Shown: piece after piece, positions 37,480 to 48,207 of the stretch | Layout of the letters: each line of letters begins with the position of its first letter | Numbering within the stretch: the first letter of the stretch is position 1 | IMG/VR virus record: IMGVR_UViG_3300050142_000050 | Location: 128,001 to 192,000 of that record | Source: a virus | Taxonomy: Duplodnaviria > Caudoviricetes | Reading direction: 5' to 3' (one strand) | DNA: 64,000 bases | The notes under the pieces: generated by a model | Seen by the model: only the letters and a program-made list of their open reading frames with translations | What the model was told of the DNA's origin: nothing | Database searches by the model: none | Made by a program: the position numbers and the translations under genes

Positions 37480-39483
37480 TTACGCCTCGTAACGCTGCAA
37501 CTCGACGGTGAAGTTACCCTGACGGAAGGGCATCGCACTGCTGATAGCGATATTCGCCGAGATCACATAACCCTTGTTCTGATCACCGGCAGTCTGGAAC
37601 ACGGTGACCTTCACACTGACACCCCCGTTCTTGAGACGGTCGTTGATCTCATTGGTCATGTCTTCGCCGATCGACGAGAACATTTCCTCAGCAGGACGAC
37701 GGACACCAGCCTGACGTGCCCAGACCACACGCGAGAGCATGTAGGCATAGGAGACGTAGTCGCTCATTTCCTCGTTGGAGAGGAGCGAGGTGTCGTCTTC
37801 ATAGACGGTGCGCAGATCGGGATAGAAGATGACATTCATCGACGCATGCATGCAAGTGTTCAGGCCGATGGCCCACGCAGTCTTGCGATCGTCGTCATCG
37901 TCCGAGGACCAGTTGATCGAGCTCAGCACAAAGTCGTTGACGTTGCTGTTGGGCTGACCAGCAGTCGAACCTGCTACGCGCTGACCGCCATTGAGATCAC
38001 GCAGCTTCTTGGCACGGTCCACCAGTAGAGGCACAATACCGGTGTAGTCGGTACCATTGACCAGATTACCGCACTGACCATAGATAGCCACACGGTGACA
38101 ACCCACGCCGTTCAGGATCGAGTCTGGATAGTTGGCGGCCTGAGCAGCCAGTACCGAAGCGATCGCGAGATCTTCTGCCTTGGTGTTGGGATCACGCAAC
38201 ACGTCCTGCGTAGCGATACGTAGATTCAGGTTGTCACGCATCGTGAGCAGTTGGAAGAGCGCCAGCTTCGTCGGCTGGGTGAACCCAGGATCGAAGAAGT
38301 GAGTGATCGGCCACTTGGTCAGATACTTGAACTCCCCGTGGTCAGTACCTGCGATCCAGTCACGGATCAGGGTCTGGAGACCCAGGAAGCTCACATCACC
38401 ATCATCCCCACCTTCGAAGTAGTTCAGGACAGCACTGTTCACCACACCGCTGGAAGCACCATCGATCTGCAACACATCGATGTACTCGTTGTTACCATCC
38501 ACACCCTTGATCAGGTCCAGACGATAAGGATCGACACCCGTCAGGTCGCTCGACTTGCCGATGATCAGGTTACCGATCGTTTCGATGTGCTGACCGTAGG
38601 ACAGGATCTTGAAATCGAGCAGCGCATCACCAGTGTCGGCATCGGCATACTTGCGAGCGATCACACTGCGGAACGCATAATTCGTTGCAGTGGGATTGTA
38701 GATAGCCACGTTCTTGAATGAGAAGTCATTGTAGGAGGTACCATAACGGTCCACCACAGCCGACGCGGTCGTTGATGTCGAGGTGGGCAGCTCCATCGGA
38801 GCGAATCGATAGATAGCCGAGCCCACCGCATCAGCGATAGCGGCATTGCTCGAAGTAGCCGAGAAGAGCTTGAAGCCCAGACGATTGCCGTACTTACCGG
38901 GTGAGAGAGCCTCACCGGCCAGAATCGGGTAGGTAGTCTTCTGTGCGGCACCAGTACCGGTGACCACGGGTTCCAGAGTGCGGTAGGACTCGTTGTCAGC
39001 CAGCTTGCGATACACCCACTTGATCTTCACACCGGGAGCAGTCTCGTTGGTGACATTGTCTGCCAACTTCTTGGGAGTCGGGTTGCCGCTACCATCCAAG
39101 ATCAGAGCACCGCTGGCGGTCTTCTGGTACTGGATCACATTGACCAGCGACACTTCCAGGAAGAGACCGAATGTGGATGTCTTGGCATCCGCAGCTGCCA
39201 GACGCATGGCGCATACGCCACCACCATTCGAATGGATACCCAGCATGCGCGTAGCCGGTGTGTAGTAGGGAGATGTCTCGAGGAAAGACTCGGCACCAAA
39301 TGCCTTGGTCATTTCCTTACCACCACCGAAATAGATACGACCCGGTACACCGCGCTCTGCGAGAATGAACTGGATCGGTGTACTCAGACCGCTCTCGAGT
39401 TGAGAGGTGAGGACCGACGTGGATGCCTTGGAACTGTCCAAGATATCCAGTTTGACTGTAGGGTAACCCTGATTGTTAGCCAT
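37480..39483 (-). CDS. Tail sheath protein (phiKZ gp29-like, 667 aa)
   Basis: YFEGGDDGD and FFDPGF motifs, C-terminal sheath domain. Start 39483 has SD AAGGA. Confidence 0.8.
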   Translation of the reverse strand: MANNQGYPTVKLDILDSSKASTSVLTSQLESGLSTPIQFILAERGVPGRIYFGGGKEMTKAFGAESFLETSPYYTPATRMLGIHSNGGGVCAMRLAAADAKTSTFGLFLEVSLVNVIQYQKTASGALILDGSGNPTPKKLADNVTNETAPGVKIKWVYRKLADNESYRTLEPVVTGTGAAQKTTYPILAGEALSPGKYGNRLGFKLFSATSSNAAIADAVGSAIYRFAPMELPTSTSTTASAVVDRYGTSYNDFSFKNVAIYNPTATNYAFRSVIARKYADADTGDALLDFKILSYGQHIETIGNLIIGKSSDLTGVDPYRLDLIKGVDGNNEYIDVLQIDGASSGVVNSAVLNYFEGGDDGDVSFLGLQTLIRDWIAGTDHGEFKYLTKWPITHFFDPGFTQPTKLALFQLLTMRDNLNLRIATQDVLRDPNTKAEDLAIASVLAAQAANYPDSILNGVGCHRVAIYGQCGNLVNGTDYTGIVPLLVDRAKKLRDLNGGQRVAGSTAGQPNSNVNDFVLSSINWSSDDDDDRKTAWAIGLNTCMHASMNVIFYPDLRTVYEDDTSLLSNEEMSDYVSYAYMLSRVVWARQAGVRRPAEEMFSSIGEDMTNEINDRLKNGGVSVKVTVFQTAGDQNKGYVISANIAISSAMPFRQGNFTVELQRYEA

Positions 39484-39541
39484 GGTGATATTCCTTCTCA
39501 ACCGACTATAGTGTGACGAGACCTAGAGCGGAGTAGCCCTT

Positions 39542-40594
39542 ATGGGACGCGACAATTTATTCAAAACACTGAACGTGTCATCGATCCTGCACGAGGACTC
39601 GATCACCCGTTTGCTTACATTTTTGATGACCAATCGTGGAGCGATTCTCCCTACCCAGAAGAAAAGCGAGCTCTTTCGAACCCGCTTTTCAGGAAGTTCT
39701 CCGATCGCCGATCTGGTACAATCCATCGCTGCATCAGGGAAGGACAAAACCTACTCCCTCCTCAGACTGCCCACCAAGATGAACAGTCTTCCTGAGTGTA
39801 TCGACATGACGTTCATCACGATGGATGTGATGCAGATGAAGAGTGCACTCAAGAACCCTCCTTCGTCGTCATTGGTTGCGTTCCCAGAGATCAACGATCG
39901 GGTGATCGTCAACATCTCCGACCTCACCAAGGCAAACGGAGATTTCTCCGATGTGAGCCAGTTCCATGGTCGCATCGTGAAGGATTTTCTGTCTCGGAGC
40001 TACTACAATTCGAGCTCTCCGACGTGGATTTCTCCCACATTCGTGCGCCATGTCGCCAAGGTCTATAGTATGACCGTAGCCGCTGGCCTAGCAGGTCAGT
40101 TTAAGACTACGCCTGTGACTGAGAACCTGATCAAGATCATCTTGTCCTTGTTCTATGTCGGGAAGATGACATCTCCCGCGACCGCAGTGTCGTTTGTGAA
40201 AGCCAATGCACGAGATCTGGGTCTGTATGACATCTACGATCTCGATCAAATCGCGGCGCTTTCGAAGGAAGTTTTGGGTACTCCTATCCCCACAAATATT
40301 GTCGATGTGACACGGCTCATCGCGGCTCTGGATATATCCGAGATCGGTGGATCAGAGCATCCTCACATCGATGTACCCATCATGAACCGCAAGTTCATGA
40401 CCATCTTCAGTGACAGCAATGTGTCGCGCATTGCGCTTGAGTACCCTCCGTATTTTGCCTACATCCTTCTGTCGGTGGCTTCGGGTATCCGCTGCGGACT
40501 TAGCTTCTCTATGGCTAAGTTCAAGCTCGATTCTGAAAACCGAAAGGTGATGCAGGAATTGGTCCGTAACCCTGCGGTCTTGTCCGGATTGTAA
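39542..40594 (+). CDS. Virion structural protein (phiKZ gp28-like by position)
   Basis: Divergent from the sheath gene, first of the gp28-27-26-like block. Confidence 0.55.
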   Translation: MGRDNLFKTLNVSSILHEDSITRLLTFLMTNRGAILPTQKKSELFRTRFSGSSPIADLVQSIAASGKDKTYSLLRLPTKMNSLPECIDMTFITMDVMQMKSALKNPPSSSLVAFPEINDRVIVNISDLTKANGDFSDVSQFHGRIVKDFLSRSYYNSSSPTWISPTFVRHVAKVYSMTVAAGLAGQFKTTPVTENLIKIILSLFYVGKMTSPATAVSFVKANARDLGLYDIYDLDQIAALSKEVLGTPIPTNIVDVTRLIAALDISEIGGSEHPHIDVPIMNRKFMTIFSDSNVSRIALEYPPYFAYILLSVASGIRCGLSFSMAKFKLDSENRKVMQELVRNPAVLSGL

Positions 40595-40606
40595 AGGATC
40601 CTCCCC

Positions 40607-43252
40607 ATGAAATTACCGTCGACTCCCTCGGCTAGTCTGGCATCCTATCTGAACCAGCTTTACTTCGGTAAAACCTGGAACTCACCGGATGACCACGGAC
40701 GTGTCAATTTCGGGATCGACAAAGCCGCTAAGAGGGTCAAGATCGGTACGGTGACGATTGATCGGTCCGAGGTGGGTCTTCCCACCTCGGGCACGGTCTA
40801 TGCTGTCTATCGATCCCCCGCTACACGCTTTGGTCGATTCATCAAACTTCCGCACCGCACCTGGGTCAATGCCAATGACATCCTGAATGACACAGGTGTC
40901 AGGTTCGATATCTACAGTGCGAGTGGGCATCCTCTCCCGATGGGAGCCATTTGGCTCTTGTATAACAAGATCACAGACGTGGTCGTGATCGCAGTGGAGA
41001 CCACCTCTACACGTAAGTGTACAGGTGAGACTTATCCATCGCTTTATATCACTGTCAATTTTGACACGAGCAGAGCCTCTCCGGTGGAGAAGAGCTACCT
41101 GAAGGTGTCTACTACCCTGGGATCGGTGACTACACCTACAATCGTCTCTCAGGCGATTTTAGAGGCATTCGATCAGCACCCTCATGGTACTACAGTCCTG
41201 GTGAACGGTATCGTCTACCTGGCTCGTGTCCATGTGCCTATTCTGGTACATGGAGATGTGGTCGAGATCACCTCCGATCCCGATGTGGTGGGATATACTG
41301 ATATCGATGTGGACAGTGACGTCACGGGATACTACTCCGAGTTGTATGGAGAGTATCGTGAGATTCTCCATATCCCCAAGAGCCTCAATCCCAACAATGT
41401 GATCATCACCAATGACACAGTCGACTTTGTGGTCTATGACCCATCGACACATCGTGGGCTCTACGGGATCCGTATCGATGAACATGCGATCGAGTCGATC
41501 ACGCACAATGACTTCTCGATCCCTCGGACTCTATTGGCAGCATTGCGTCAGTCCCTAGGGTCACTATCTGTGAAGATCCGTGTATATGTGCGCTTCCCCA
41601 CGAAGCCTCTGACGCTCACCAGTGATGTGAATAACCTGAGTGACCTCTATGGTTTCTCGGATGAGAAGATCATGGGTCATCTGACAGCTTCTATCCCTGA
41701 GGGTATCTCGGAGTGGAAAGCTCAGAATCTGGAAGTCTCTCCCTTCCTTGACTTGCTCTATTCCGCCAATGTCGCTTCAGCTGAGACCGTGGTCAATAAG
41801 TTCGAGGCAGCAGTCGGCTTCTTCGATATCGCATCGACTATCGGTGATGCTCGCAGGTCTTACGTCTATGGAGGTGGTCCTACCACTGTCCGTAAACCAG
41901 CACGCCTCTATGGTTACCGTTGTGATGTGATCATGTATGCCGAAGGTATCAAGATCCGCGACGACTATGTGGCAGTAAGTGACATCGACTCTGAGCATTT
42001 CTCAGTCAGTGTCTTGGAGGGAGTCACACTACCCACCACTGCGAAGATCGACCTCTATGTCTTCGAGTATGGGCTGAGGACACCTACCACATTCGTCCCC
42101 TCTCCATCTAATCATACCCTGGTGATGGACAGTGATGATTACACTGTGGTTAAGAAGATCCAGTATTCGTCTCCTCGTAATGTCCTTAAGGGTACTGCGA
42201 CTGACGGATTTGTTGCGATCGCTGCATCGTCTTCAGACTACACAGTCACTGCGAATACTGATGGTACCTACACCTATCTGTGGAAGGGTATCCATTACGA
42301 CTCGACCTTCCATCTCATCCCCAAGTATGGTCTGCGTACGCAGATCCTCACGATCGATGATGAGTTGGCTGACAGTCAGTCCTTGGTGTTCGATCTCAAG
42401 AAAGTGACATCTGACTCCAATGTGCTCATCCCATCCATGTATTACAATACAGCTGAGGTCTACATCAATGGACACCGTCTCGTGGAGAATGTCGATTACT
42501 CCATCGTGCACGAATATGGTGCACAAAGTGACATCCTCTCCACACTCCTCATGATCTCCAATGCTGAGTACATCTCTCTGACTTCGTCGAATAATATCGT
42601 CGAGGTAGTGTTCCACGGAGATACAGTGGGATCATTCGACTCCGGCTACGTCATCGACAATAAGTTGACTCGTAAGTCTACCCCAGCATTCTGGGAGAAG
42701 CAGTGCAGTCGTATCTTCGTCGATGGTAAACTCACCGACGGTTTCACCGAAGTGGGTAATACGCTCGAGTCGGAGAGTGATCTTCGCGATGGGGGTCTTT
42801 TCATGATCGAGTGGAATATGCCCTATTCTGCTCTCAAACTCCTGAAGAGTACCTCCTCATCTGATGATCGGTCACTCAAGGCCAAGATCGACATCCTCTT
42901 AGGTCTCGTACAACAAGTCTACCCTGATACGACTGTCATCGATCACGTGTATAAGCTCTATAGTCCTTTCCTGGCACAGGTAGGCTATGACGTGATGAAG
43001 GGTAACCTCACTATCGTGAATGAACCCTCGACAGATGCATTCTTGCGTCAGTTTGCAAAGTACAAGATCCTAGTGGACAATGATCCTGTGTTAGGAGCAT
43101 CCAACACAGCAGTCGACCGTAGGTTCGTGGATATCAATGCCCACTATACCAACATCTCGACTGAGGATCCCACCGATATGCTCAGTATCCAACGACTCGA
43201 TAGTCTGGTACTGACTCCGTCCGCTATCTCGATCAGAGAGGTCCTGCTATGA
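40607..43252 (+). CDS. Large virion/baseplate protein (phiKZ gp27-like)
   Basis: 881 aa. KLYSPF near the C-terminus. Stop overlaps the next start. Confidence 0.6.
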   Translation: MKLPSTPSASLASYLNQLYFGKTWNSPDDHGRVNFGIDKAAKRVKIGTVTIDRSEVGLPTSGTVYAVYRSPATRFGRFIKLPHRTWVNANDILNDTGVRFDIYSASGHPLPMGAIWLLYNKITDVVVIAVETTSTRKCTGETYPSLYITVNFDTSRASPVEKSYLKVSTTLGSVTTPTIVSQAILEAFDQHPHGTTVLVNGIVYLARVHVPILVHGDVVEITSDPDVVGYTDIDVDSDVTGYYSELYGEYREILHIPKSLNPNNVIITNDTVDFVVYDPSTHRGLYGIRIDEHAIESITHNDFSIPRTLLAALRQSLGSLSVKIRVYVRFPTKPLTLTSDVNNLSDLYGFSDEKIMGHLTASIPEGISEWKAQNLEVSPFLDLLYSANVASAETVVNKFEAAVGFFDIASTIGDARRSYVYGGGPTTVRKPARLYGYRCDVIMYAEGIKIRDDYVAVSDIDSEHFSVSVLEGVTLPTTAKIDLYVFEYGLRTPTTFVPSPSNHTLVMDSDDYTVVKKIQYSSPRNVLKGTATDGFVAIAASSSDYTVTANTDGTYTYLWKGIHYDSTFHLIPKYGLRTQILTIDDELADSQSLVFDLKKVTSDSNVLIPSMYYNTAEVYINGHRLVENVDYSIVHEYGAQSDILSTLLMISNAEYISLTSSNNIVEVVFHGDTVGSFDSGYVIDNKLTRKSTPAFWEKQCSRIFVDGKLTDGFTEVGNTLESESDLRDGGLFMIEWNMPYSALKLLKSTSSSDDRSLKAKIDILLGLVQQVYPDTTVIDHVYKLYSPFLAQVGYDVMKGNLTIVNEPSTDAFLRQFAKYKILVDNDPVLGASNTAVDRRFVDINAHYTNISTEDPTDMLSIQRLDSLVLTPSAISIREVLL

Positions 43253-44937
43253 CAAATCCTATCCTCGATGAGACCTTGCTGTACAAAGCGGCTCTCCCTG
43301 CGATTTACGAACGCAACCAGATCTATGATCCGACATGGGAAGATCCTTCCTATGCCAACTACTCTGGTAAGCGTATCGTACCTGCGGTCAACTCGATCGT
43401 GCGCGATACTGACAACTCCCAGCTCTGGGTGGTAGCAGTCAGTACTGCTAATATCCCCTCCTATATCGCAGTACCGAGCCTCTCTGACGATGTGTCGGTA
43501 GCTTCTCTACTCAATTACGGGAATGCCAAACTACGACTCTACATTGACCGTCGTGCAGCTCCCTATCCAGTCACTATCGACTCCAAGTGTCGTTTCCTGG
43601 GTAAATCACCCAGGTCGTATCGTCTGTCGCGATATCCTGGTCAGTCTAACCAGACCATCATCTCGCAGCGCTATGATGCGACAGACACTCTGGTGTCGAA
43701 CCTGGTGCCTCTGTCTCCCATCGATTCTTCGAACACTAGTTGGTATATGCCCTCATGCAAGGTGGGTGTCGCTCTGGAAGACAATGAGGAAATCCTCCTC
43801 GAAGTCTTCGATGAAGCAGGTCAGGAACTCTACTCGGCCAAGCTCTTCGTCAAAGAGTCGGCTGTCATCAATGAGAACCTGTTCTACACCAAGCCCATCG
43901 CTGCACTCAACGTGCGAGCCAACCAGACTCTGGCCGATGGTACCTTCTACGTCTATGAACGTCAGGATGTCTTGTCGTTGGGTGTATCGGCACAGCTCGT
44001 ATACACCGATGGTACGACAGCGGATATCGCGATCGACAATGAGAAGTGCTTCCTCTATGGGGCTGAGGATTTCATCTCATCAGCACCTGGACTCACTCAG
44101 ACCATGACAATCAAGTATTTCCGTTCTCCCCACGAATCCATCTCTGCGGCAGCTGCCTCTTCCAATGGTGAGATGATCACCAAGGAATTCACGGTCACTG
44201 TCGTACCTGCGGAGACAGGTGTCTCCTCGAAGATCGTACCCGTCCCCTACTACAACTCGGCTTCTGGTCAGTATGTGGTTCGGTACTTCATGTACTTTGG
44301 AGATGGTTCAACCAGTCGTGATGTGACTGCCTATGTATCCATCATCAGCGGTACCCTCAACTTAGGTTCGTCTGGTTTTGGTACGTGGCAGAATTACACG
44401 ATCCGGATCAACATGCGTAATGTGAATGGTGTGATCTACCCCACCAACACGTATCGTACTCAGAACATCCGTATTCGATTCGGGGCACCTACTGCTCTGG
44501 TGAGCTGGTCCTTCACGGACAGTGCCACCTCGCCGTATGTGTATGGTCTGGACACAGCGCTCTCACGTCGTCCTCGGATCAAGTACGATGCTACTCTCAA
44601 CAAGTACTTCGTACCGACAGATCCGTTCGGAAACAAGGCTGCTTTCATCAATTCCTTCTTCACCATGGTATCGCCCATGTATGATGCGAATCTGATGTCG
44701 GCACCTCAGCAACCGACTCACTTCCTGATCCGCGATATCTCGACAGGGGCGATGATCTCTCCAGCTATGATTCCGGTGGACAATTACAGCCTGGCTTTCA
44801 ATATCGCAGAATCGATCGCTGGTCAGCACAACAATGCTACAGTCTTGGTGGAGTTCATCAAGCAGGTGAATGCCAGCACGAACTTGATTCTCTATGGTGC
44901 TCCAGTCACCGTTTCGTCTGGATCCTACGCAGGATAA
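43249..44937 (+). CDS. Virion structural protein (phiKZ gp26-like)
   Basis: 562 aa, beta-rich. ATGA overlap. Confidence 0.6.
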   Translation: MTNPILDETLLYKAALPAIYERNQIYDPTWEDPSYANYSGKRIVPAVNSIVRDTDNSQLWVVAVSTANIPSYIAVPSLSDDVSVASLLNYGNAKLRLYIDRRAAPYPVTIDSKCRFLGKSPRSYRLSRYPGQSNQTIISQRYDATDTLVSNLVPLSPIDSSNTSWYMPSCKVGVALEDNEEILLEVFDEAGQELYSAKLFVKESAVINENLFYTKPIAALNVRANQTLADGTFYVYERQDVLSLGVSAQLVYTDGTTADIAIDNEKCFLYGAEDFISSAPGLTQTMTIKYFRSPHESISAAAASSNGEMITKEFTVTVVPAETGVSSKIVPVPYYNSASGQYVVRYFMYFGDGSTSRDVTAYVSIISGTLNLGSSGFGTWQNYTIRINMRNVNGVIYPTNTYRTQNIRIRFGAPTALVSWSFTDSATSPYVYGLDTALSRRPRIKYDATLNKYFVPTDPFGNKAAFINSFFTMVSPMYDANLMSAPQQPTHFLIRDISTGAMISPAMIPVDNYSLAFNIAESIAGQHNNATVLVEFIKQVNASTNLILYGAPVTVSSGSYAG

Positions 44938-44940
44938 GTG

Positions 44941-44968
44941 AGGTAGGAGGGCTCACGCCCTCCTACCT
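44941..44968 (+). terminator. Hairpin with GGGC-TCAC-GCCC core
   Basis: 12-bp perfect stem. Same core at 2652-2677 and 61775-61804, TAAC variant at 23739-23768. Confidence 0.6.
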
Positions 44969-45004
44969 TTCACATGCTATGATCAATAACTCACGAGGGC
45001 TATC

Positions 45005-46276
45005 ATGACCTATGTCCCTGTCAAAATTGTCACACAGATCGGCTCGACCCTCAAGGAGTCGACTGACCTTACCGTGACGCTCGAGTCCGTGCGATATGGA
45101 ACTCACTTCCTTGTTGTGGAAAAGCTGGAGCGTTACTACACCCTCAACCTGGCACTCATCTTCCTGAGGGAGACGGGTATCGTCATGACGCATCCTGTTT
45201 CGACAGGACTGACCACTCTCCTGGATGACCAATTTGTCACCAAGTATTTGGTGGACTATATCCCATCTATCAATTCCAAGGGTGCTTACAACAAGCGACT
45301 GTCGGTCCTCAATCCCATCTCTGATAAGAGATATGAGGTGGACTATACTCTCTTGGAGACGCCCACTATCCGCAATGACAACCAGCTCAAAGGAAGTCTG
45401 GATGATCTGGTGATTTCGAGCACCAAGGATCTCTCCAACTCCCTAGTGGTTGTCAACGGGGTATTCCATCGCACTATCCTCCATCAGGACGAACTCTTCG
45501 TCGTGGACGGTTTCCGCACGATGCGCGTTTCTGCTCACAAAGATGTCACTCTGATCGATACGACGGAACTGGGGGGTCACACATGTATCCCGATTACAGA
45601 ATCGATGGTGACCATTGATCAGTATAATGGATTGGCTACGATCGATGCAGGAGTGAGTATCGATGGTAAGACAGTACTCATCGTCATCGATGGTTATCTC
45701 TATCACATGGAGTCTAATGTCCTGATTCCTCTGGGAGGTCGTTTCCTCTCCCTCCACACGAACCGATTGGACCTCGTCCGTCAGTTCCGCAATAACCCCA
45801 GGACACTCCTCCATAAAGACATCCTGAGGGACGTCCCTGCTCAAGATTCGCGTCGCTATGATGATGCTTTTGATGACATCTTCATTTCCAATCCTATAGG
45901 CGTCCCTTTGGGGACACTCGAGAATGTAGGGTTCGTGAAGTCGCGTATCGCTCATTATCACAGCTTCCTGATCGTCATCAATAATGACAGTGTCTTCTCT
46001 GTCGCTACTGATGTACATCCTGATGCTGTCAAAGGCGTATACAAGCATTTTGCATCTTCGTTCTTATCAGGGGTGGTGAATCTAGGATGCGGACTATGTC
46101 CTTCCTATCTCATCTACGAGGAGGATGGGGGTTTCCGTGAAGTCATGGTCGATGATACTCATCGAGACTACGACTCCTATCGGTCTATCCGCAATCCCAA
46201 TTACATCTCACCTCCCAAATTTGTAGAGGACAGTGTGTTCTCGAAAGTCCGCTTCATCGACTATGTGTCGGCATAG
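45005..46276 (+). CDS. Virion structural protein (423 aa)
   Basis: NSLVVVNGVFH and VLIVIDGYLY repeated-domain pattern, as seen in phiKZ-like virion proteins. Confidence 0.55.
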   Translation: MTYVPVKIVTQIGSTLKESTDLTVTLESVRYGTHFLVVEKLERYYTLNLALIFLRETGIVMTHPVSTGLTTLLDDQFVTKYLVDYIPSINSKGAYNKRLSVLNPISDKRYEVDYTLLETPTIRNDNQLKGSLDDLVISSTKDLSNSLVVVNGVFHRTILHQDELFVVDGFRTMRVSAHKDVTLIDTTELGGHTCIPITESMVTIDQYNGLATIDAGVSIDGKTVLIVIDGYLYHMESNVLIPLGGRFLSLHTNRLDLVRQFRNNPRTLLHKDILRDVPAQDSRRYDDAFDDIFISNPIGVPLGTLENVGFVKSRIAHYHSFLIVINNDSVFSVATDVHPDAVKGVYKHFASSFLSGVVNLGCGLCPSYLIYEEDGGFREVMVDDTHRDYDSYRSIRNPNYISPPKFVEDSVFSKVRFIDYVSA

Positions 46277-46295
46277 TTAGAGTAGGAGAAATCCA

Positions 46296-47186
46296 GTGAG
46301 TTATGAAGAACTTCGTCAGCAGCATCTGACTGCTCTGGCATACAAACACGCTGTGGATATGCATGGGGTGTCACCGACACTGATCAAGGTCATGGATACC
46401 GATGGTAACCTGGCTACCGAACTGGGTCTGCCTGACCTGTCGGATACGCAACAGGTCCATGAAACGATCACTGAGAACTTCAGTCCCGATGCGATGCGTG
46501 AGATGGCTCTGGAGAGCCTCCTGACTAAGCTCGCTGGTCTGCTGGCCAAAGCTCCCAAGTTCATCGCCAAGGGCATGGTCGATCAGCTCAAGGGCTTTGT
46601 GTTTGGTAAAGCATTCGGGATGTTGGCTGGTCTGGCCATCACATCGGCGATGAAGATCAAGCGCTCCATGAAGAAGAACTCTCCGGTCTATTCCTTCGAC
46701 ACATGTCGTAAGGCTCTGGCTATCTATACGGAGGTCTCCAAACTCCTCAAGGATATCGCCGGTGCTTATCCGACTGTGTCGCAGGATGCTCCCTGGGATA
46801 AGATCCAGGCGAAGATCGATTCGGACTTCGAAAAGAAGATCGACAAGCTCTCTGCCGATCTGGACCCTCTCCTGGAAGTACAGCCTGGTCCCTATGACCA
46901 TTCTGGTTGGGATGAGCTCCATTTCGTCAATAGTGCTCAGACTGCCAGTAAGGCTGCTGAGGTGTTCGGCAAGAGCTTGGAAGTGTGGACCAAGAATGGT
47001 CGTCTGACCCAGGCTCTCATCAATCGCTTCGGCGATGATCAGATGAAGACTGCCGATCAGATCAACAAGGTGACTCAGTTCTACAACAAGGCCTTTGAAC
47101 TGGGTCATAAGGCTGACACCCTGGTCGACAAGATCCTCGTCGGTGTTTCGCACCATTACGAGCCTGTCGAAGCTCCCAAGAAATAA
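46296..47186 (+). CDS. Processed head/ejection protein, paralog 1
   Basis: GTG start with SD AGGAG. ALES site, hydrophobic segment, DHSGWDELHF. Confidence 0.65.
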   Translation: MSYEELRQQHLTALAYKHAVDMHGVSPTLIKVMDTDGNLATELGLPDLSDTQQVHETITENFSPDAMREMALESLLTKLAGLLAKAPKFIAKGMVDQLKGFVFGKAFGMLAGLAITSAMKIKRSMKKNSPVYSFDTCRKALAIYTEVSKLLKDIAGAYPTVSQDAPWDKIQAKIDSDFEKKIDKLSADLDPLLEVQPGPYDHSGWDELHFVNSAQTASKAAEVFGKSLEVWTKNGRLTQALINRFGDDQMKTADQINKVTQFYNKAFELGHKADTLVDKILVGVSHHYEPVEAPKK

Positions 47187-47197
47187 GGATCGCAACC

Positions 47198-48205
47198 ATG
47201 GCTACTCTCATCAACACATCACCTTCGGCAGTGATGCTCGCTATGCGAGCTCGTGAAGTCCTCACACAAGAAGGTCCTGATCCTGCGACGCAGTGCTTCC
47301 TCAACTTCGATGAAGATCGATATGAATTCGAGCGCATGGGCGCTTTTGAATCGATCGATATGTTCACAGGTCATGAGAAGCTCCTCCTGACGACTCTGTC
47401 GGATGATCACATCCATAACTTGGCTGTCGAAAGCATCGGTGATGTTTTCAAGAACATGGTCGACTGGGCATCGGAGCATCCGATCCTCACCACCATCGGC
47501 GGTGTGGCGCTCTTCGCTGGTAGCATATATGTGACCACATCTATCCGCGAGCGCTATGTACCAGCTCGTGGTACGATGGATGTGATCCTCGACACCTACA
47601 AGGAACTCGTCAAGGTCGAGACCGAAGCTTGCGCTATGATCCCCAAGGATCTGAACATGCACAAGTGGGAAGACTTCTACATGTACATGGGTCGTGAGGT
47701 CAATATACTCAAGACAGCGACAGGTCGTCTCAAGCAACAGGTCGCCAACATCAAGACTGTCAAGTTCGAAGAGTCTGGTTGGACTCCTGATAACTTCTCG
47801 GTTTATATCGATGAGTTCGTCAAGACTTACAATGGTCTTTCGGAGGCAACTCGTGAGGCTCGCAATACCGCCAAGACACTGATCGCCATCCGAGAACTGG
47901 CCAAGCGTGCGGATCGCCTCTCCACGGAGGTCGATGAACTCGAGCAGAAGAACTCCAATCTGCGCGACAAGAACGCTCGTCTGGAACGAGAGAACCAAGA
48001 ACTCCGTGACCGTCTCTACAAGCCTGTGACCGGCTTCCGTGGAGCAGTACGTCCCGGTAGCACTGAGCCTGAAGATGTGATCTTCTATATCACCGAGACC
48101 ATGGGTGAGATGTCGAAGATCATTTCTGCATCGGCTTCGGTTGCTCGTCAGATCGTCCACTGGAATGATCGCATGAGCAAGAACTTCAAGCGCGTGGCGA
48201 AGTAA
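47198..48205 (+). CDS. Processed head/ejection protein, paralog 2
   Basis: AFES and AVES sites, IGGVALFAGSIYV, EESGWTPDNF, coiled-coil insertion. Confidence 0.65.
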   Translation: MATLINTSPSAVMLAMRAREVLTQEGPDPATQCFLNFDEDRYEFERMGAFESIDMFTGHEKLLLTTLSDDHIHNLAVESIGDVFKNMVDWASEHPILTTIGGVALFAGSIYVTTSIRERYVPARGTMDVILDTYKELVKVETEACAMIPKDLNMHKWEDFYMYMGREVNILKTATGRLKQQVANIKTVKFEESGWTPDNFSVYIDEFVKTYNGLSEATREARNTAKTLIAIRELAKRADRLSTEVDELEQKNSNLRDKNARLERENQELRDRLYKPVTGFRGAVRPGSTEPEDVIFYITETMGEMSKIISASASVARQIVHWNDRMSKNFKRVAK

Positions 48206-48207
48206 TC